25,492 bases of DNA, from assembly GCA_040081625.1 (NCBI GenBank), contig JBEBGD010000083.1:1-25492 (forward strand), read 5' to 3'. The translations under genes were made by a program, and so were the position numbers. This document shows positions 9,283 to 18,885 of this stretch, in pieces (position 1 is the first letter of the stretch; each line of letters starts with the position of its first letter). Under the pieces are notes generated by a model. It was not told where the DNA came from. It worked only from the letters and a program-made list of their open reading frames with translations, and did no database searches. This DNA is from Chthoniobacteraceae bacterium (lineage in GTDB: Bacteria; Verrucomicrobiota; Verrucomicrobiia; Chthoniobacterales; Chthoniobacteraceae).

Positions 9283-10254
9283 ATGAACCACCTCGCCAAA
9301 GCCCGCCGCGTCTTCGAGATCGAACTCGCCGGGGCGCAACACGTCGCCGACCGGCTCGACGAGACTTTCGTGCGCGCGGTCGAGACGATCCGCGCGTGCA
9401 TCGAGTCGCGCGGGAAGGTGATCGTCGTCGGCGTCGGGAAGTCCGGCCACATCGGCGAAAAGATCGCCGCGACGCTCACGAGCACCGGCTCGCCCGCGAT
9501 GGTGCTCAACTCGCTCAACGCGCTGCACGGAGACCTCGGCATGGTCTCGGACGGCGACGTGATCCTCGCGCTGAGCGCGAGCGGCGAGACGGAGGAACTG
9601 CTCAACGTGCTCCCCGCGCTGCGCCGCTTCGATGTGAAGATCATCTCGTTCACCGGCGGCGCCGGCTCGAATCTCGCGAAGCACAGCGACCTCGTGATCG
9701 ACGTATCGGTCGAGCAGGAAGCCTGTCCGCTCAACCTCGCGCCGACTTCCTCGACGACCGCGATGCTCGTGCTCGGCGACGCGCTCGCGATGGTGCTGCT
9801 CGAGGCGCGCGGTTTCACGAAGGAGGACTTCGCGCGCTTCCATCCCGGCGGCCACCTCGGCCGCGCGCTGCTGCTCAAGGTGAGCGACGTCATGCGCGCA
9901 GCGGCGGAGATGGCACTCGTCCGTCCGGATCAACCCGTGCGCGAAGTGCTCGCCATCATGCACCGCTGCCGCGCCGGCGCCGCCGTGGCGATCGACGACG
10001 CCGGCCGCCTCGCCGGCATTTTCACGCACGGCGATTTCGCCCGGCACTTCCAGGCGACCCCCGATCTCGGCGGGCTGCCCGTCGAGCAGTTCCTCACGCG
10101 CAAGCCGATCACCGTTCGCGACGACAAACTTGCGGTTGAAGTCCTGCGCGTGCTGCAAAGCCATCGCATCGACGATCTCGTGGTCGTCGATGAAGACGGG
10201 CGTCCGGTCGGCGTCGTGGACTCGCAGGACCTCGCCCGGTTCCGGCTGGTTTGA
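9283..10254 (+). CDS. kdsD: KpsF/GutQ-family arabinose-5-phosphate isomerase (SIS + 2 CBS domains)
   Basis: GVGKSGHIGEKIAATLTSTG, ALHGDLGM, SASGETEE, EACPLNLAPTSSTTAMLVLGDALA, FARFHPGGHLG, CBS GIFTHGDF. Confidence 0.93.
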   Translation: MNHLAKARRVFEIELAGAQHVADRLDETFVRAVETIRACIESRGKVIVVGVGKSGHIGEKIAATLTSTGSPAMVLNSLNALHGDLGMVSDGDVILALSASGETEELLNVLPALRRFDVKIISFTGGAGSNLAKHSDLVIDVSVEQEACPLNLAPTSSTTAMLVLGDALAMVLLEARGFTKEDFARFHPGGHLGRALLLKVSDVMRAAAEMALVRPDQPVREVLAIMHRCRAGAAVAIDDAGRLAGIFTHGDFARHFQATPDLGGLPVEQFLTRKPITVRDDKLAVEVLRVLQSHRIDDLVVVDEDGRPVGVVDSQDLARFRLV

Positions 10255-10321
10255 GCCGGAAGCTTGCGAAGAATAATCGCGCTTTTTCCAAACCCAGCCC
10301 CATCATCGCCGGATCGCCTCC

Positions 10322-11071
10322 ATGAAAATTCATCACCTCATCCTACCCGCCCTCGTCGCAGCATTCTTCGCGTCCACGCTTCACGCCGCCGAGGATTTCG
10401 AAGCGCGCAAGCAAGCCGCGATCAAGGCCATCCAGGCCAATCGCAGCGACCGCACCGCCTTCTACGCCGAACTCGAGAAGCAAGGCCGCGCGATGCTCAA
10501 GGACTTCCCCGACAAGGAGGACGGCTACGAGATGCTGCTCGCCGTCGCGCAGAACGTGGAAGGCTCGCAGCAGGCGGCCTTGCTCAAGGAGATCGACACG
10601 GCCAAAACGCCCGAGCGCGTGAAGCAAACGCTCGCCGGCCTGCGCGCGAACCTCGAGGCGCTCGGCAAGCCGGTCGATATCAAGTTCACCGCGGTCGATG
10701 GCCGCGCGGTCGATCTCACGGCGATGAAGGGCAAGGTCGTGCTCGTGGACTTCTGGGCGACGTGGTGCGGGCCGTGCATCGCCGAACTCCCGAACGTGAA
10801 GGCCGCCTACGACAAGCTTCACGACAAGGGTTTCGAGATCGTCGGCATCAGCTTCGACTCCGACAAGGCGAAGCTCGAGAGCTTCGTGAAAGACCAGAAG
10901 ATGGCGTGGCCGCAGTTCTTCGACGGCCTGGGCTGGAAGAATCAGTTCGGCGTCAAATACGGCATCCGTGGGATCCCGGCGATGTGGCTCGTGGACAAGA
11001 AAGGCAACCTTGTGGACATGAAGGCCCGCACCGACCTCGCCGCGAAAGTCGAGAAGCTGCTCGCGGAATAG
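10322..11071 (+). CDS. TlpA-family thiol-disulfide oxidoreductase with an N-terminal helical extension, exported
   Basis: Signal peptide ending in LHA. Motifs KGKVVLVDFWATWCGPCIAELPNVKAAYDK, GISFD, YGIRGIP. Confidence 0.92.
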   Translation: MKIHHLILPALVAAFFASTLHAAEDFEARKQAAIKAIQANRSDRTAFYAELEKQGRAMLKDFPDKEDGYEMLLAVAQNVEGSQQAALLKEIDTAKTPERVKQTLAGLRANLEALGKPVDIKFTAVDGRAVDLTAMKGKVVLVDFWATWCGPCIAELPNVKAAYDKLHDKGFEIVGISFDSDKAKLESFVKDQKMAWPQFFDGLGWKNQFGVKYGIRGIPAMWLVDKKGNLVDMKARTDLAAKVEKLLAE

Positions 11072-11075
11072 CGCG

Positions 11076-11888
11076 CTAGAAGCTGATCAAATCACGAACC
11101 GCTTCGATCATCTTCGGCCCGACGCCGGGGATCGCATCGAACGCCTCGATGCCGCTGAGCGGCCGCGCACGGATGATCTGCTCCGCCATCTTCGGACCGA
11201 CTCCCGGCAGCGTTTCGATCGCGGCCTGAGTGGCCGTGTTGAGGTTGACCCGCCCCGCCGCATCGGCTGACGCAGGCTTGCCGAGGCGCGGTTTGATCGC
11301 ATCGGTCATCGGCTCGGCGGGAGCACCGCTGGCCGCCCACAACCCGCGCCGCGCGCGCGCCGCGGTCTGCTCGATGGTGCGCAGTTGCTGAAAGACCCGC
11401 CGTCCGCCCGCCTCATCGGGATACGCGGCAACCTCGCTCGTGACACGCGCCCACCCGGCTTCCACCAATGCCGCATCGAGCCGCACCCCATCGCGCTCGA
11501 CGATCGCGTAATACCGGTCCGAGCGGCTCGCGCCCGGCGCCACGCGCCGGCAGGTGATCACGCGGAAGGGCTTCGCGAGAAACTTCGCCGTGAATTCCTT
11601 GGCGGCGTCAGCAGCGCGCAATACCGCGCCTTTGCTCGCGCGAAAATACGCCGCCTGCTCGACGATCCGCTCCGCGTAACTCGTGTCGGTCTCGGGCGTA
11701 TCCACGAAGTAGAGCCGCACGATCACCGACTTCCGTCCGTGCCGGATGTGAAAGCTGTCGCCGTCGTAATACTTCTCCGCATCGAAGCGGCAGTCCTCCC
11801 ACACTTCCCACTTTGAAGGGCCGGCAGCCGAAGCCGGTCCGGGCAGGGGCAAGAGACCGGCGAGGAGAATTGAAAAGACGCGGGACAT
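11076..11888 (-). CDS. Secreted thermonuclease (SNase-like) fused to a ComEA-type helix-hairpin-helix DNA-binding domain
   Basis: ATG 11888 begins a signal peptide (MSRVFSILLAGLLPLPGPASAA). SNase motifs DGDSF, VRLYFVDTPE, LVEAGWA, EQTAARARRGLW. C-terminal VNLNTATQAAIETLPGVGPKMAEQII and DAIPGVGPKMIE. Confidence 0.85.
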   Translation of the reverse strand: MSRVFSILLAGLLPLPGPASAAGPSKWEVWEDCRFDAEKYYDGDSFHIRHGRKSVIVRLYFVDTPETDTSYAERIVEQAAYFRASKGAVLRAADAAKEFTAKFLAKPFRVITCRRVAPGASRSDRYYAIVERDGVRLDAALVEAGWARVTSEVAAYPDEAGGRRVFQQLRTIEQTAARARRGLWAASGAPAEPMTDAIKPRLGKPASADAAGRVNLNTATQAAIETLPGVGPKMAEQIIRARPLSGIEAFDAIPGVGPKMIEAVRDLISF

Positions 11889-11966
11889 TGAGAGTTGATC
11901 GAGGCGGGATGCCTGCCGCAGGCTTCGCCCGCCCGGCTCCACTCTCAACAAGAACTCCTACCTTTC

Positions 11967-13028
11967 GTGTTCAAGACCCGCTACGCACTTCCCGGCACTG
12001 CGCCGGCCACGCTCACGGCGCTCGATCCGGGTGAAGGCGTGCCTCCCACCCTTCGCCTCGTGGAATATGGACTCGATAGCTACGTGGAGTCGCACCCGGC
12101 GTCCGTCGCCGAGCTGCCCGCCCCAGGGATCGACGACGGCAAGGTGCGCTGGATCGAATTCAACGGCCTCGGCGACATCGAAGCCCTCCGCACACTCGGC
12201 GACAAATACGGCCTCCATCCGCTCGCCCTCGAAGACATCATCCACACCGGCCAGCGGCCGAAAGCCGAGAGCTACGACGGGCAGATTTTCATCGTCGCGC
12301 AGATGATCTACCGCGACGACGACGACGACCGCCTCGTCGGCGAGCAAGTGTCGATGTTCCTGATGCGAGGGCTGCTCATCACCATCCAGGAAGACCCGAA
12401 GTGCGATGTCTTCGACCCCATACGCGAGCGCGCCCGCGTGGGCCGCGGCTACATCCGCAAGCTCGGCGCCGATTACCTCGCCTACGCGCTCCTCGACGCG
12501 ATCATCGACCACGGCTTCCCCATCCTCGAGTGCATCGGCGAAGGCCTCGAGGAACTCGAGGATGAGATGCTCGAAAAGCCGACCAAGAACTGCATCGCCA
12601 AGCTGCACGACTACCGCCGCACTCTCGTGCATCTGCGCCGCGCGATCTGGCCCGAGCGCGATCTCGTGAATACGCTCCTGCACGACGAGTCCGAGCTCAT
12701 CGGCAAGGAGACAAAGCTTTTCCTGCGCGACGCCTACGACCACGCCGTGCGCGTGATGGACCTCGTCGAAAGCTACCGCGATCTCACCGCCAGCCTGCTC
12801 GAGCTCTACCTCAGCGCCGTCTCGCAGCGCACGAACGAGATCATGCGCGTGCTCACCGTGCTCAGCGGCATCTTCATCCCGCTCACCTTCATCGCGGGCG
12901 TGTATGGCATGAATTTCGACAACATGCCGGAGCTGCGCCAGCCGGCTGGCTACTTCGCCTGCCTCGGTTTCATGCTCTGCGTCGCGCTCGGCGAGCTCTG
13001 GTTCTTCAAACGCAAGGGCTGGCTGTGA
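11967..13028 (+). CDS. corA: Magnesium/cobalt transporter CorA
   Basis: Probable GTG start (FKTRYALPGTAPATL). Motifs LHPLALEDII, QRPK, GEQVS, DYLAYALLDAIID, NEIMRVLT, PLTFIAGVYGMNF (GMN signature), MPEL, KRKGWL. Confidence 0.95.
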   Translation: MFKTRYALPGTAPATLTALDPGEGVPPTLRLVEYGLDSYVESHPASVAELPAPGIDDGKVRWIEFNGLGDIEALRTLGDKYGLHPLALEDIIHTGQRPKAESYDGQIFIVAQMIYRDDDDDRLVGEQVSMFLMRGLLITIQEDPKCDVFDPIRERARVGRGYIRKLGADYLAYALLDAIIDHGFPILECIGEGLEELEDEMLEKPTKNCIAKLHDYRRTLVHLRRAIWPERDLVNTLLHDESELIGKETKLFLRDAYDHAVRVMDLVESYRDLTASLLELYLSAVSQRTNEIMRVLTVLSGIFIPLTFIAGVYGMNFDNMPELRQPAGYFACLGFMLCVALGELWFFKRKGWL

Positions 13029-15847
13029 GCGCGTCGTTGTGGGGCGTCGAAACTTGGGACATCGCGTGGCGCGGCGGCTACATCCCGTGGCTTCGCGAAC
13101 ACGCCAGCGGCGCGTGGCGCGAAGCCGCACCGACGCTCATCGTCCTCCCGACCACCGCCGACACCTACCACGCAAAGGCGCTCGCACTCGACGCCGGCCT
13201 CAGCCCGCTCGCGCTGCAATTCGTCACGCCAGCAAAGCTTCGCAGCCGGATCACGACCGCGCTCGGCCTCACGCGCACCCACCCGCTGCGCGAACACCTG
13301 CGCCTGCTCCTCGCCATCGCAGCGGAGGAAGTCGGCGGCGCGATCGGCGAGGCCATCGCCGCCTCACCCGACACGCTACTCCGTGCGATCAATGTGCTCG
13401 GCGACGGCGGCTGGGACGTTTGCAATGACGGACCTCCCGGGGCGCGCCCGATCGTCGCGCGCTTCACGCGACAGCTCGACCGCTGCGGCTTTCACCTCCT
13501 GCACGACACCGACCGCACGCTGCTCGCCGCCGCCCGTCCCGTCTTCGCCCGCGTGCTCGTGCTCGGCTTCGACGCCGCCCACTGGCCCTCGTGGCCGCTC
13601 CTCGCCGCCGCAGTCCGCTGCGCTGAAAGTGCGGACGTCTTCCTCCGCCACCCGCGCACCGAAGCCGGGGATCTCGACGCCGCGTGGATCGGCACATGGG
13701 AGGAACACTTTCAACCCGCGGAGCCGCTCGCAGGCGAAACCGCCCCCAGCGCGGGCACACTCTTCCTCGTCGGCCACGACGCCGCGGAGCAATCGCGCGC
13801 GATCGTGCAGCAAGCCATCACCTTCCTCGCCGACCCGGCGTGCGAGCGGCTCGGCATCGTCTTCCCCGGTCCCGGCGCGCTCGCGCGTCGTGTCGCCGCG
13901 CTGCTCGCGGAGCGCGGCATCGAGCACTTCGACGGCCTCGCACATCCGACGCCCGGCCCGCTCGAGACACGCGACTGGCCCGCGTGGCTCGACTTGCAGG
14001 AGAGCCCGCGACTGCCCGCGCTGCTGCGCTTTCTGCGCGCGCATCCCGGCCCACAAGTCGATGACCTCGCCGACGCACTCACGTCCGCCTTCAACGAACT
14101 GCTGCTCGACGACATCGACGTGCTCGGCGCGTGGCTGCCCGGACACGCCGACGCGATCCGCGCGATTCCGCGCCTTCCCGCGCGCGCCACGTTTGGGGAG
14201 TTCGTCACCGCGGTTGACGCTGCATTCATCGCGCTCGGCTGGACGGAGCGCGCCGCCGAACTCCACCGCCTCACGACCACCTGGCCCGCACGACTCGACA
14301 CTCCGATCGCTCGCCGCACGTTCACGAGCTGGCTGCGCGAAGTGCTCGTCTCGACCGGCACCGACCGCGCGCCCGAAGGGCGGCATCCCTACAGCCGCAC
14401 TCACCTGCTCACCGCCGCGAACGCGCGCACGCAGACGTGGACGCACCTCATCCTCGGCGGCCTGAACGAAAGCCAGTGGCCGCCCGCGTTCGACGAAAGT
14501 GGCTGGCTCGGCGAATCCGACATCGCCGATCTCAACGCGCGCACGCGCACGCTCAATCGCCGCGCGCGCGGCACCGGCCGGCAGGGCGAGGGCCACGACA
14601 TCGTCAAGCCCGGCCACACGCTCTGCCTCGGCCCCGCGCAGCAGCGCGCGCTCGCGCGGCGCGACTTCGAGCACCTGCGCGAGAGCGCCATGCACGTCGC
14701 GCTCGCCGCGAGTGTCATCGACGAAGCCACGCCCGACCGCGCGCTCAATCCGAGCGAGTTCTTCATCCGCGCCTTCCACACCGCCCATCGCCGCGCCCTC
14801 TCGCACGCGACGATGTCCGCGCTGCGCGCTGAAACTACGCGCTGGCTCGCGGCGAGCGCGCTTTGGCCGGATGCGGCACCCACTCCGCACCCCGAAGTCC
14901 GTCGCGCCTACGACGCGCGGCGCGACGAAACGAAGCCGTTCGGCGAATTCGAGTTCGCGCTGCGCGAACCGCCCGCCGAGCCGCTGCGGCTCTCGGCGAC
15001 CGACTGGCAGAACGTGCTCGGCACGCCATCGCTCATCTGGATGTCGAACGTGCTCGGCGCCAGCCCGCGCGACGATGGCGACGGCGATACTCCATGGAAC
15101 CTCGCCATCGGCTCGTGGGTGCATCGCTGGCTGAGCGCCATCGCGGCAGGCGCGCCACGCGGCACGCTGTCGCCGCTGCCCGCCGCCGATGAAATCCGCG
15201 CACGCACGCGGCGCGCAGCCATCGCCTTTCGCGACCGGGTCGCCGCGATCGCGCCGTTGCCCGAGTGGTGGCTCGCGACATGGCAGCAGGCACTCCAGCT
15301 CGCGCAGGACTTCGCCGAACTGCTGACCACGCTGCCTGCATCCATCCCATTCGCCACCGAGTGGTCGCTGCCGCGCGATACCACGATCCCGCTCGGCGCG
15401 GACGGCACGCTGCCACTTCGTGGCCGCATCGACCTTCTCCTCGCGCCCGCGGACGACGATCGCTGGATCATCGATTTCAAGACCGGCCAGCACAAGGCGC
15501 TCAGCGCCGCGAAGGTCGCCGGCGGCGACGGCTTGCAGCTCGCGATCTACGCGCTCGCCATCGCGCACCTCGGCGCGCGCACCGTCGGAATCACGCGCCT
15601 CACCACGGCGCTCGACCTCGCCGCGCCACAGCTCACACTCGACGACATCGGGCGCACTGCGCTGCCGGATCTATGGCGCGGGCTCGCGCGCATGGCCGCG
15701 AGCGGCGTCTTCGGCCAGCTCGGCTCGCTGCGCGACGAATACTCCCACGCCGATCCCCATCCGCTCGCCACGCTGCGCATCGATCCCGACATCCTCGATG
15801 AGAAGTGGGCGCGCACGCATCCGGATTTCCGATCCGCCGACGAATGA
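13025..15847 (+). CDS. addB: AddB/RexB-like protein: degenerate helicase-like body plus C-terminal RecB-family PD-(D/E)XK nuclease
   Basis: GTGA overlap with corA. Motifs LILGGLNESQWP, PSEF, and nuclease LRGRIDL...IIDFKTG...LQLAIY. Lies directly upstream of an AddA-like gene. Confidence 0.78.
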   Translation: MSASLWGVETWDIAWRGGYIPWLREHASGAWREAAPTLIVLPTTADTYHAKALALDAGLSPLALQFVTPAKLRSRITTALGLTRTHPLREHLRLLLAIAAEEVGGAIGEAIAASPDTLLRAINVLGDGGWDVCNDGPPGARPIVARFTRQLDRCGFHLLHDTDRTLLAAARPVFARVLVLGFDAAHWPSWPLLAAAVRCAESADVFLRHPRTEAGDLDAAWIGTWEEHFQPAEPLAGETAPSAGTLFLVGHDAAEQSRAIVQQAITFLADPACERLGIVFPGPGALARRVAALLAERGIEHFDGLAHPTPGPLETRDWPAWLDLQESPRLPALLRFLRAHPGPQVDDLADALTSAFNELLLDDIDVLGAWLPGHADAIRAIPRLPARATFGEFVTAVDAAFIALGWTERAAELHRLTTTWPARLDTPIARRTFTSWLREVLVSTGTDRAPEGRHPYSRTHLLTAANARTQTWTHLILGGLNESQWPPAFDESGWLGESDIADLNARTRTLNRRARGTGRQGEGHDIVKPGHTLCLGPAQQRALARRDFEHLRESAMHVALAASVIDEATPDRALNPSEFFIRAFHTAHRRALSHATMSALRAETTRWLAASALWPDAAPTPHPEVRRAYDARRDETKPFGEFEFALREPPAEPLRLSATDWQNVLGTPSLIWMSNVLGASPRDDGDGDTPWNLAIGSWVHRWLSAIAAGAPRGTLSPLPAADEIRARTRRAAIAFRDRVAAIAPLPEWWLATWQQALQLAQDFAELLTTLPASIPFATEWSLPRDTTIPLGADGTLPLRGRIDLLLAPADDDRWIIDFKTGQHKALSAAKVAGGDGLQLAIYALAIAHLGARTVGITRLTTALDLAAPQLTLDDIGRTALPDLWRGLARMAASGVFGQLGSLRDEYSHADPHPLATLRIDPDILDEKWARTHPDFRSADE

Positions 15848-18800
15848 GCACGCCCGCCGATCAATCCGAGCGCGACCGTTTCATCCACGAAATCTCGCAC
15901 AACTTCTCCGTCGTCGCCTCCGCCGGCAGCGGCAAGACGCGCGCGATCACCGATCGCATCGTCGCCCTCGCGCGCAGTGAGCACGCCATCGAGTGGCTGC
16001 CGAAGCTCGTCGTTGTGACCTACACGAACCGCGCCGCCGACGAGATGCAGCAACGTGCGCGGCAGGCGCTGCTCGGCACTGAGGTCTCGCTCGACGTGAT
16101 GAGCGCGTTCGGCAATGCGTTCTTCGGCACGATCCACAGCTTCTGCGTGAAGCTGCTCCGGCGTCACGGCCATCACCTCGCGCTACCCGCACAGCTCGAT
16201 CTCACCACCGACGACGACGCACTGTGGCGGGAGTTCGTGCAGCAGCACACCGCGCTCGGCGCGCCACGCGACCTCCTGCGCCTCGCGCCCGCGCGACGCC
16301 TGCTCGAGCTCGGGCGCGTCTGCGACAGCGCACACGACGCGCCCCCGCCCGGCGCCTTTCCCGCGTTCGATTTCTCCGCTGTGTATGCGTGCGTGGGCAA
16401 AGGCGCGGCTGCGCGCACCATCGCCGCGTCGCAGGACAGGCTGCGAGAGTGGGAGCGCGCGTGGCGCGAAGGCGAGGGCTTTCTCACACTCCCGTCCAGC
16501 AGCTCGAAGGCTGCGGAATTTTCTGCCGCGTGGAGCGACGCACTCACGCCAATTCGCAACTGGATGCGCGCAGCAGCGTTCAGTATCGGCGTGGATGTCG
16601 CGCGGGCGTGGCGTCGTTTCCGCCTCACACGCGGCGCGCTCGGCTACGACGATCAACTCTCGCTCGCGCTCGCGTTGCTCCGCCACCCCGAGGCCGGACA
16701 CCGCATCCGTGGAGAGGATTTTCGCGTCATCCTCGACGAAGCGCAGGACACCGACCCGACACAGTTCGCCGTGCTGTGCGACATCGCGCGCCCGCCGGAA
16801 GCAAGCGGCGAATGGCCCGCGACTGCCACGCATCCACCCCGCCCCGGCCACTTCTCGATGGTCGGCGACTTCCAGCAATCGATCTACAGCCAGCGCGCCG
16901 ATCTGCACCACTACCGCCGCGTGCATCAGGCACTCATCGGCACACCTGGCGGCGACGAGGTGAAGTTCTCGGTCACCTTCCGCCTCGACTCGCAGCTTGT
17001 GGATTTCGTGAACGCGACGTTCCCAAGCGTGCTCACGAACACGAACGGCCAGGTGGCCTTCGTCGAGTTGCACTCAAGACCAGATGTCCTGCCTGGCCAG
17101 CTCGTCCGCCTCGACCTCGGCGAACTGCCCGACATCAGCGAATGGCGGAGCGCCGAGAAAATGCGCCACGAAGCGGATGTGCTCGCGCGCTGGCTCCACG
17201 ACACCGGGCTCGATCGCTTGCGCGCCGGGAGGTGGAGCGACGTGGCGATGATCTGTCCCCGCACGCGGTGGTTCGCCCCGCTGCGCCGCGCGCTCCGCGA
17301 GGTCGGTCTCGACGCGCAGGTGCAGTCCGAGCGCGAAGTCCGCGGCGACAGCGCGGCGTTCGCGTGGTTCACCGCGCTCGCCGTGGTGATGAGTGACCCG
17401 GATGACGACTTCGAACTCGCCGGCGTGCTCCGGGAAATATTCGGTGTCTCCGATCACGACATCGCCACGCGTGCGGCAGCGTTCGACGCCGCGAAGCGCC
17501 TTCTCGACGAGTCACGAGAGCGCATCGCGACTCTGCCGCTCTTCTCCGCCGTCCAGGAACTTCTCCGCGCCACCGCGCTTCTCGACCGGCTTTCCACACT
17601 CCCCGCTTTTGAAACGCGCGACGCCGCAGTGGAACTCGACGATCTTCTCACACGCGCCGCGACGATGGAGGCGGACGCCGCCACGCTCGCCGATTTTGCC
17701 GAAGCGATCCGGCAGGACTTTCTGCAACCGCGTCCCGTGCGCGCCGTCGATCCCGGCGCGATCCAGCTCATCACCGGGCACAAGGCGAAAGGCTCCGAAT
17801 GGCCTGTCGTGATCGTCCCGTTCTTCGGCCGGTCGATCAGCGGCGCACCGGCTAATTATCCGCGGATCGTCCTCGATCCGCGGACCGGCGGGCAGTGCGT
17901 CGTGCTCGATGGCGAGGACCTGCGCGGTGAATTGAAGGAAGCCTCGGACTTGCGTGCGAAACAGGTGATGGAGCGCCTGCTCTACGTGGCGCTCACGCGT
18001 GCGAAACACGCGCTGGTGCTCGTCGATGATCTCGCGCTCTTCGCCGGGAAGAAGGGAACGCCCGAGTCCGCGCAGGCGAGCCTGCTGCGCTGCGTGCCCG
18101 GCCAGCCGAACGTCGGCGCCACGCAGTCGCTTTCGCCTTCCACCGACGGCTGCTCGAAAACAAAAGCGGTGCAGGCCGCACGTGCCACAGCGGAACCCGA
18201 ACCGGCCGCGCTGCCCGCGTGTGTCGCGGACGCACTACCCGCGGCCATCAAACGCGCGGCGCGATTCATCAAGCGCAATCCGAGTGCACTGGCGGAAGCC
18301 GCCTACGATGCTCCCGCGCCCGGCCCCGCGGTCCCCCGCCCCGCCGGCGCGATTCACGGAACATGGTGGCACGAGAGCGTGGAGTTGCTCGACTGGACCG
18401 CCGCGCCCGAGACGTGGAATCTTGCCTTCGACGACGCGCCCGATCCTGAACGCGCGCGGACGGAGTGGGCAAATCTACGCGCGTTGCTCGTGACAGAGAA
18501 CGATCTCGCGCGGTGGCTGCGCCGGCCCGGCGCGCGATACTTCGCCGAGATGCCCTTCCTCTGGCGCATGAACGATCGCGAGTGTCTGGAGGGCATCATC
18601 GACCTCGCCATTCACGATCCCGCGAGCGGCGTGTGGCTGATCCTCGATTGGAAAACGAATCGCGTGGAGAAGGAGAAGCTCGCCGAACTCCAGACGCACT
18701 ATGCGCCTCAGATCGCCGCTTACCGCGCGATGCTGGCGGAGATCACCGGCGCCAGGGTCGAGGCTGCGCTCTACTCGACCGCGTGCGCCGCGTGGCTGCC

Positions 18801-18885
18801 TTACGACACCGCCGCGCTCGAAGCTGAGTGGAAGCGCATCGCGAAAGACTCCGTCGCGATCAATGTGGCGCTCTCCACGCCATGA
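15844..18885 (+). CDS. addA: AddA/RexA-like UvrD-type SF1 helicase with C-terminal RecB-family nuclease
   Basis: Walker A ASAGSGKT, VTYTNRAADEM, FGTIHSFC, Walker B ILDEAQDTD, VGDFQQSIY, HKAKGSEW, RLLYVALTRAK. Nuclease GIIDL...ILDWKT...QIAAY. ATGA overlap with addB. Confidence 0.88.
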   Translation: MSTPADQSERDRFIHEISHNFSVVASAGSGKTRAITDRIVALARSEHAIEWLPKLVVVTYTNRAADEMQQRARQALLGTEVSLDVMSAFGNAFFGTIHSFCVKLLRRHGHHLALPAQLDLTTDDDALWREFVQQHTALGAPRDLLRLAPARRLLELGRVCDSAHDAPPPGAFPAFDFSAVYACVGKGAAARTIAASQDRLREWERAWREGEGFLTLPSSSSKAAEFSAAWSDALTPIRNWMRAAAFSIGVDVARAWRRFRLTRGALGYDDQLSLALALLRHPEAGHRIRGEDFRVILDEAQDTDPTQFAVLCDIARPPEASGEWPATATHPPRPGHFSMVGDFQQSIYSQRADLHHYRRVHQALIGTPGGDEVKFSVTFRLDSQLVDFVNATFPSVLTNTNGQVAFVELHSRPDVLPGQLVRLDLGELPDISEWRSAEKMRHEADVLARWLHDTGLDRLRAGRWSDVAMICPRTRWFAPLRRALREVGLDAQVQSEREVRGDSAAFAWFTALAVVMSDPDDDFELAGVLREIFGVSDHDIATRAAAFDAAKRLLDESRERIATLPLFSAVQELLRATALLDRLSTLPAFETRDAAVELDDLLTRAATMEADAATLADFAEAIRQDFLQPRPVRAVDPGAIQLITGHKAKGSEWPVVIVPFFGRSISGAPANYPRIVLDPRTGGQCVVLDGEDLRGELKEASDLRAKQVMERLLYVALTRAKHALVLVDDLALFAGKKGTPESAQASLLRCVPGQPNVGATQSLSPSTDGCSKTKAVQAARATAEPEPAALPACVADALPAAIKRAARFIKRNPSALAEAAYDAPAPGPAVPRPAGAIHGTWWHESVELLDWTAAPETWNLAFDDAPDPERARTEWANLRALLVTENDLARWLRRPGARYFAEMPFLWRMNDRECLEGIIDLAIHDPASGVWLILDWKTNRVEKEKLAELQTHYAPQIAAYRAMLAEITGARVEAALYSTACAAWLPYDTAALEAEWKRIAKDSVAINVALSTP

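Noticed and set aside
11903..11923. Short overlapping GC hairpins in the SNase/corA gap, and CGGCAA-GATT-TTGCTG at 5130-5145
   Set aside because: The stems are about 6 bp with no GTAG end or U-tail, which is expected by chance at this GC content.
12315..12329. (GAC)5 run in corA, and a T7 run at 3763-3769, as phase-variation tracts
   Set aside because: Both are short and leave the reading frame intact (poly-Asp loop; QIFFN).
15844..15861. AddA and the cupin (23359 minus) both begin MSTPAD
   Set aside because: Both follow ATGA overlaps, which bias towards Met-Ser. Similarity stops after six codons and synonymous sites differ, so it is probably coincidence.
13025..18885. Helicase-nuclease pair as an anti-phage defence system or Cas4-linked locus
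   Set aside because: Order, size and motifs fit housekeeping addB-addA. No CRISPR array, cas gene or mobile context is present.
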